A stretch of 64,000 nt of DNA, taken from the NCBI GenBank assembly GCA_028822845.1, contig JAPKCS010000007.1:2649-66648 (forward strand), written 5' to 3'. A program made the translations under genes and the position numbers. Source of the stretch: Candidatus Poseidoniaceae archaeon. GTDB lineage: Archaea > Thermoplasmatota > Poseidoniia > Poseidoniales > Poseidoniaceae. Under the pieces are notes generated by a model that was given only the letters and a program-made list of their open reading frames with translations, ran no database searches and was not told where the DNA came from. Shown here piece by piece: positions 58,459 through 64,000 of the stretch. How positions within the stretch are numbered: the stretch's first letter is position 1; the number at the start of each line of letters is the position of its first letter.

Positions 58459-59256
58459 ATGGCTGACCCCTTGGTTTGTGTGTCCCTTGAAGGAACAACA
58501 GTGAAAGAAATGCTCGATGAAGCAGCACGCGCTGGCATAGCCGGCGCCGATATGATCGAAGTTCGCTTCGACCGTTTGTACCTCAGCCGACCAGAGCCAA
58601 CTGTCACACAAAATGAAGAAGGAGAGATCACGAAAACCATGCCACCAGCAAGCGAGTGGCCGGTCCGAGACTTCGCCGACATCGATGTTGGAACATCGAT
58701 CACCTCCCTCAAAGAGGGCATCCCGCTCCCAGTGATTTTTGCCGCTCGCCCAGTGCGTGAAGGCGGCCACTTCTCAGGCGATGAAGACCAGCGAATCAAC
58801 GTCCTCGAACAAGGCATCGCCTCCGGAGCCACATGGGTTGACCTCGAAATTTCCATCGATGCCGACACCCGTGCAAAACTCATGAAAGCAGCAAAAGCAG
58901 CTTCATGCAAAGTCATCGCATCCATCCACGACACCGACAGCACACCAAGTGCAGAAGAAATACAGAACCTCCTCAAAACAAACGCAGAAATGGGCGACCT
59001 CGTCAAATTCTGCGGCACCGTCAATGATCATCAAGACGCTCTTCAAATCGTTGAAGCAACCCATGCAATGGTCAATGAGAAGGTCGACTTTGCTGCCATG
59101 GCCCTCGGCAACGGTGGCGACTGGGCACGCTTGCACGCCCCCGTCCTCAACCAAACCCTGGTTTACGCAAGCATGCGAAATGAATTCCGACTTTCAGACA
59201 AAGGACTCGTCAATGTTCGAGACTTGAGAGAAGCTTGGAACCTCTTAGAATACTGA
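58459..59256 (+). CDS. aroD: 3-dehydroquinate dehydratase, type I
   Basis: VCVSLEGTTVKEMLDEA...ADMIEVRFDRL N-terminus, and the later DLVKF block containing the candidate Schiff-base Lys. Confidence 0.8.
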   Translation: MADPLVCVSLEGTTVKEMLDEAARAGIAGADMIEVRFDRLYLSRPEPTVTQNEEGEITKTMPPASEWPVRDFADIDVGTSITSLKEGIPLPVIFAARPVREGGHFSGDEDQRINVLEQGIASGATWVDLEISIDADTRAKLMKAAKAASCKVIASIHDTDSTPSAEEIQNLLKTNAEMGDLVKFCGTVNDHQDALQIVEATHAMVNEKVDFAAMALGNGGDWARLHAPVLNQTLVYASMRNEFRLSDKGLVNVRDLREAWNLLEY

Positions 59257-59261
59257 GCCCT

Positions 59262-60470
59262 TCAAACATCAAACGGGCTGACATCGTAGGCCTTTGTTGC
59301 CTCGACCCCAGGTTGATCTTCAACAGGTTGTGCCATGCTTGGTGGTGAGGGGTTTAGCGCAGGTTCAGCAGGCGCTGGCATGAGTTGCGGCGGCACAGGC
59401 ATGCTTCCTCCACCAGATTGGTGAGGGGTGAATTGAGGCAACTCTGCAGGACGTTCAAGCGACGGAACGAGGCCATCAGTGGTCTCCTTTGGAGCCAACC
59501 CTGCTTTCATGTATTTTGCATTTAGAAGGAAAGGCGCGGCGAGTGCACCCAGCAACATAGCCATGAACGCAAGGGCCACGGTGTAGGAAGGAAGGATCAA
59601 CGAGCGTTCGGTCGTAATGATGGTCACATCAGCCGCAATGGTGACCCCAGGCGCCTCGGCATCATCGTCATGGATGTTATCCCACGCATCGACGACGATG
59701 TAGAAATCTTGCCAGTCACTGCCACCCCAGAGAGGTGAATACACTTCAGGTCGATCAAGATTCAAAGCAAAGTTAACTGAACTCACACGTTCGTATTCGT
59801 GGGCATCCCTGTAGGATTTCCAACCCAGTGGATTCCAACTTCGCCATTCAGGTGGGATATCACTCAAGGCTTGTTCAACGTCACCATCACCGAAACAATA
59901 CCAAGAGGCAGTCTGAGCACATTGGTAGGATGAAGAATAAGAGTCATATTCAGAACTGGTGAGCAGGTAAACATCACCTTCGATTGGATTTGAATCCGTG
60001 TCTTGCAACGTGACACAGATCGTGGTTCGATGAAGGGCTGAAAGGTTCAACCTCAGGGAACCAACGCTGTTGTTCCCGATCAGCATGGTTGTGTAGTGAC
60101 TGGTAGCCAACGGTTCAAGGACAGGCAAATTCCATTGACTTTGTTGATACATCCAAGGCTCTTCTGGCACTTCTTGATCATCAGGTTTGTCCTCTGACGA
60201 AGGTGAATCCTCGGAGTTGGTTGACGCCTCTGACTCAGGATAGTACTGCTCATCATAGTAATAATCCCATGAATCGGACCAATGGGGGACCTCTGAAATC
60301 CGTTGCATGGTCTCATTCCATTGGATGGCTTGAGTGTCGCCCTGACAAGCATCAGCAGCTTGAACTGGCATTAAAATCGGTGAAGAAAAGACCGCTCCAA
60401 GGATTGGAAGCAACAGGAGCATCGTCAGTGAAGAAACACCAAATGATTGCATACTCATGGTCGTACCCAT
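59262..60470 (-). CDS. Hypothetical secreted protein with C-terminal TM anchor and Pro-rich cytoplasmic tail
   Basis: Signal peptide LTMLLLLPILGAVFSSPILMPVQA, acidic ectodomain, TM VALAFMAMLLGALAAPFLL, Pro-rich tail. Confidence 0.5.
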   Translation of the reverse strand: MGTTMSMQSFGVSSLTMLLLLPILGAVFSSPILMPVQAADACQGDTQAIQWNETMQRISEVPHWSDSWDYYYDEQYYPESEASTNSEDSPSSEDKPDDQEVPEEPWMYQQSQWNLPVLEPLATSHYTTMLIGNNSVGSLRLNLSALHRTTICVTLQDTDSNPIEGDVYLLTSSEYDSYSSSYQCAQTASWYCFGDGDVEQALSDIPPEWRSWNPLGWKSYRDAHEYERVSSVNFALNLDRPEVYSPLWGGSDWQDFYIVVDAWDNIHDDDAEAPGVTIAADVTIITTERSLILPSYTVALAFMAMLLGALAAPFLLNAKYMKAGLAPKETTDGLVPSLERPAELPQFTPHQSGGGSMPVPPQLMPAPAEPALNPSPPSMAQPVEDQPGVEATKAYDVSPFDV

Positions 60471-60505
60471 CCTTGCCTTCGTGTGGAGGTTGAAGGTAGT
60501 AGCGG

Positions 60506-63500
60506 TCAGCCGCGTCGACGCAGAGGTCGCACGTAACCACTGTCATCGCTGCGCCGTTCATCCTTCGAGAGGATGCCAGGGGCAGGTGGAGGTGCGTGAT
60601 GATCCATGCCGAGCAAGCCGCCTTGGCTTTCGACGACTTCGACATCAGCATAGGTTTCAGCAGCTTGTTTTGCTTCATCTTCAAGGTCTGAAGGTTCACG
60701 CATGACCAACCAACCAAGGATCAAAGCAACGGCGATCAAAGCAACAAAGGTAGCAAGGTCCGACCCCGCTTCAGCCGTCCAAGTCTTCCACTCTTCAATG
60801 CTAAAGTCGGAGAGCGAAGGCGGTTCGGTTGGCGGAGGACTTACTTCGAGTTCGTACAACAGAATGGTGCACATGTCCAAGCCGTCACAGACCTCAAGTT
60901 TCAGCGTGTAAATGCCAGGTTGTTCATAGGTGGCAGAAACACGAGTGGCCGATCCAACAAGGGGCTCAACCCAATCATCAGCAGGGTCGCCGTTGGCGTT
61001 TTCATCAACTTCGATGTCTAAATCCCAACGCACCAAGAGTGCAGGCTCGAGGGATTCATCCCGGTCAGAAATGGAACCATCATTGACATTTGTGTCTCGG
61101 TAAAGAGCGACCCCCAAGTCAACTTCAAGGTCTGAAATGTTGGCTCCGAACGAGTTGGAGTCCTCCGAGAACAATTCATCTGGAATCAAAAGGTTGTGAA
61201 TCACAGGCGGGTGGTCGACAATCACAGTGAATGTAGCACGGCTAACATCCCCTGTTCCGAATGCATCCCGGACTGTCAAAGAAACCGTGTATTCGCCTGG
61301 AAGGGTATAGGCATGCCATGGAGATGGATTGTCATCGATGGGCGTGCCATCGCCAAAGTCCCATGAATATTGAACCAATCCGTTCCAATCAGGCGATTCT
61401 GCCTCGAGTGGAATGTACTTCCCCTCAAACATCCGGTCGCCATCTCGAGTGCCGTCGGAGTCAAAGTAAAGCAAAATGTGAGGAGCTGCATAAGTATCCC
61501 CTGCTTCATTGAAGGTGCGTGACCACATGTCAGGCATGGTGTTTTCATCAAAGGTCGTGGTGTCAGTGATCATTTCACCATCCAACCAAGCGTCGAGGAT
61601 TCGAACTGAGATAATCGGAAGAGGGTTCGCCATTTCGATGGTCAAGATGGTCGGCGTGCTTGCCTCACCTGCTTCATCAAAGACAACGAGAATCACACTG
61701 TGGATCCCAGGATTGGTAAAGGAATGAGTCACTTGAGGTCGGTCACCAAAGGTGCCATCTGAAAACGTCCAGTTGAAAGTCAAATCAGAAGAATCGCCAA
61801 CGGTGCCATCTGGATCAAAGGAATCGCGCCCATCGAACGTGTAAGGCGTGTCCACTTGGCCATCTTCAACTCGGAAGTCGATGGTTGAAGAACCCGTTGT
61901 GGCCGTCGTCCGTACAATGAAATCACCGACAGGAAGTTGATTGTAAACCATGATGCTAAGCGTCGTGGTCACTGAACTACCATCATCATCGGTGACCATG
62001 AGTTCAACCGATTTGAGCCCTGGTGTATCCCATGAGGGCATTGGGTTGGCACTGTTCGAAGTGGTCTGAGTGAAATCATCAGTGCGATCGCTGATGCCAC
62101 CGTCAAGGTTCACACCTTCGGGGAACGACCAAACATAAGCCACAATCAAACCGTCTTCATCAGTGAACACATCTGGCATGACCAAAGCGGTGTAGGTGTT
62201 GGTCGAGAGGTTGTCAGAGAAAATCTGGAATGGAATCCTGTTGTTGACATTCACCACAATTTCCTTGATACCGGTGTTGATGCCGTCAGAGACAGTCAGG
62301 GTGAGGTTGTAACTCACGATGGTGCCGGAAATATCGCCCCATTCATGCGCAACGGTGTATGCACCTGTGCCAACATCCCCAGTCCCATCGCCCCAATCCC
62401 ATGAGAATTCAAGTTGGTCTGAAGGCACATTGTCCACAGTTCGGGCAGCTGAGAAGAGGATCAGTTGGTTGGTGAGGATGTTGATTTCATTTTCAATAAC
62501 GACGTTGTTCACGGTGATGATTGGCAACGGTGGAGATGTGTCGCTGACGTTGATTTCCATGATGGAGGTGTCCGACCAAGTGTTCCCTTGATCCATCACC
62601 CTGAGGGTGACATTGTACACTCCCGTCGTTTCGTAAGCCCGCAACGGCGACTTGAGCCCTGAGGTCATGTTGTCTCCAAAATCCCAAGCATAGGCAACAG
62701 GAGCATCGAGGTACGGCAAGGAATTATTGTCAAGGGAAAGGCCCCATGCGTCAAAACCATCGCCGGTGAATTGGACATTCTCCCATGTCTGAGAAGCGTT
62801 TGGATCCAAAAGGCCATTGGCGGTCGGTCGCATATTGGTAAGCACTTGAGGTGATGTTGTGATGCTGTCCACCGTGGTGCCAATCATGTCCACCATATCG
62901 AGTTTGAAGGTGTACTGGCCATTGAGTGGAGCAGTGAACCAAAAGGATTCTTCTGTGGCTGAACCGCCACCTGCGGGAACTCGCTTGGTCAATTGATCGA
63001 CTTCAATGCCTGATGCATCCAACACGGTCATGGTCACATCTAGATCTTCGAAAAAGGCATTTGAGAACACTTCGTAATCGATCTGTGCGGTGTCAGACGA
63101 ACCATCGCCATCCCGGTCGCTTAGGGCCGTGGTGTTGAGGGTAAGGCTCGCTGGTGAGGTGATGCGTGCTGCTTCAATGTCCACCGTTCCTTGTGGATAG
63201 GATGAACCGCATGAGGTGTAGTCGCAATCTGCGACTGTGCTAGCGTACCACGTGATGGCCCAAACCTCATTGGTCAAGTTGCCAAAGCCAGGAACGAGGG
63301 CCGTTGCAACATTGTTTTGGAAGTTAAGATCGGTGACGGACCAAAGTCCATCAGCCGTTGCTTGACTGACAACAACCCCATCGAATTGACTGACATCTGC
63401 TGTAAGGCGCATGGTCAGCGGAGCAGGTGATGCCGAACCCGGTGTGAATTTGAAAGCACGAATGCCCCAGCCTTCGACCGAATGTCCGGTTGAGGACCAA

Positions 63501-64000
63501 GGGCCACTCCAATCGTCATTGGTGTCGGCTGGTTGAACCCGACAGAACGAACCAGCAGAACAGGTTGGTGTCAAATCGAGATTCGAGAAACCATAGATTC
63601 CTTGGCTTGAATCGAGCACAGCAGCGATGGAGAAGTTCGCAAAAATCTCACCCATTGTTCGGCCCAGCATTCCGCTTTGCCCGCTGACTGGAGAAAGTGC
63701 CAAGTTTTCGACGCCTAATCCGCCTGTGGCGGAGTCTTGGACCAACTGACGCACAGCAGGACCTCCACCAAGGTGGTCGGCCAAATACATCGTAAATATG
63801 AATCCTGCACCGTAATCGGCAAACCTTTGGTTCCACCATCGCACTGAAAGTTCTGAGGAAGCCGTCCACTGGTTCAAGTGGCTAACCAGGGTTGAATCGG
63901 CACCAAAACAGAGGTAGATGGCGACATCTGCATTCCCTTCATCAATCCACAAGTTTTCATATGGATCTTGGGCGTTATGGAGCAAGTGTTCCATTTCGTG
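60506..64000 (-). CDS. Giant surface protein: HExxH zincin domain (N-terminus outside the window), at least 5 PKD-like domains, C-terminal TM anchor
   Basis: The frame stays open to the window end. The last codons read H-E-M-E-H-L-L-H (HExxH). Repeated WDFGDN, WDWGDG, WSFPEG, WTFSDG and WDFGDG PKD signatures. C-terminal TM FVALIAVALILGWLV. Confidence 0.65.
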   Translation of the reverse strand, partial: HEMEHLLHNAQDPYENLWIDEGNADVAIYLCFGADSTLVSHLNQWTASSELSVRWWNQRFADYGAGFIFTMYLADHLGGGPAVRQLVQDSATGGLGVENLALSPVSGQSGMLGRTMGEIFANFSIAAVLDSSQGIYGFSNLDLTPTCSAGSFCRVQPADTNDDWSGPWSSTGHSVEGWGIRAFKFTPGSASPAPLTMRLTADVSQFDGVVVSQATADGLWSVTDLNFQNNVATALVPGFGNLTNEVWAITWYASTVADCDYTSCGSSYPQGTVDIEAARITSPASLTLNTTALSDRDGDGSSDTAQIDYEVFSNAFFEDLDVTMTVLDASGIEVDQLTKRVPAGGGSATEESFWFTAPLNGQYTFKLDMVDMIGTTVDSITTSPQVLTNMRPTANGLLDPNASQTWENVQFTGDGFDAWGLSLDNNSLPYLDAPVAYAWDFGDNMTSGLKSPLRAYETTGVYNVTLRVMDQGNTWSDTSIMEINVSDTSPPLPIITVNNVVIENEINILTNQLILFSAARTVDNVPSDQLEFSWDWGDGTGDVGTGAYTVAHEWGDISGTIVSYNLTLTVSDGINTGIKEIVVNVNNRIPFQIFSDNLSTNTYTALVMPDVFTDEDGLIVAYVWSFPEGVNLDGGISDRTDDFTQTTSNSANPMPSWDTPGLKSVELMVTDDDGSSVTTTLSIMVYNQLPVGDFIVRTTATTGSSTIDFRVEDGQVDTPYTFDGRDSFDPDGTVGDSSDLTFNWTFSDGTFGDRPQVTHSFTNPGIHSVILVVFDEAGEASTPTILTIEMANPLPIISVRILDAWLDGEMITDTTTFDENTMPDMWSRTFNEAGDTYAAPHILLYFDSDGTRDGDRMFEGKYIPLEAESPDWNGLVQYSWDFGDGTPIDDNPSPWHAYTLPGEYTVSLTVRDAFGTGDVSRATFTVIVDHPPVIHNLLIPDELFSEDSNSFGANISDLEVDLGVALYRDTNVNDGSISDRDESLEPALLVRWDLDIEVDENANGDPADDWVEPLVGSATRVSATYEQPGIYTLKLEVCDGLDMCTILLYELEVSPPPTEPPSLSDFSIEEWKTWTAEAGSDLATFVALIAVALILGWLVMREPSDLEDEAKQAAETYADVEVVESQGGLLGMDHHAPPPAPGILSKDERRSDDSGYVRPLRRRG

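Noticed and set aside
58431-59024. 197-aa minus-strand ORF overlapping aroD
   Set aside because: Antisense to the type I dehydroquinase ORF. Ser/Arg/Ala-rich shadow frame.

Overview
This is a densely packed archaeal chromosomal segment: about 55 CDS and one tRNA, with short or overlapping gene junctions. I found no rRNA, CRISPR array, transposase or integrase by eye. Archaeal identity rests on clear information-processing markers. These are the conserved block rpl44e-rps27e-aIF2alpha-nop10-PAC2, plus rpl37e, rpl10e, ABCE1, RPA with its COG3390-type partner, Hel308, Cgi121, an archaeal-type TyrRS, a class-III-signal pilin and isoprenoid lipid genes (GGPP synthase and geranylgeranyl reductase). 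Bacterial-type modules sit among them: mutS-mutL, gyrB-gyrA, moaA, etfBA, tldD-pmbA. That mix is consistent with a Thermoplasmatota / Marine-Group-II-like euryarchaeon, which is an inference from gene content only. Most of the window is housekeeping. The best candidate for something undescribed is a tandem pair of paralogous Cas4-type (PD-(D/E)XK plus Fe-S) nucleases at 13561-17217, each fused to two RPA-like OB folds, with no helicase and no CRISPR context. Other observations worth a second look:
- a stand-alone MCM N-terminal-domain protein;
- a Tad/Epd-like secretion ATPase with two platform genes directly downstream of RPA;
- a protein with three SAP motifs;
- a degenerate HemC-like protein;
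- a canonical EF-hand loop on the GyrA tail;
- an L44e that has lost three of its four zinc ligands;
- an identical GAAGAAGAGTGA (E-E-E-stop) gene end on three unrelated proteins;
- convergent genes whose stop codons systematically abut or overlap.

All functional calls come from motifs read in the supplied translations and from memory of the families. No database search was run.
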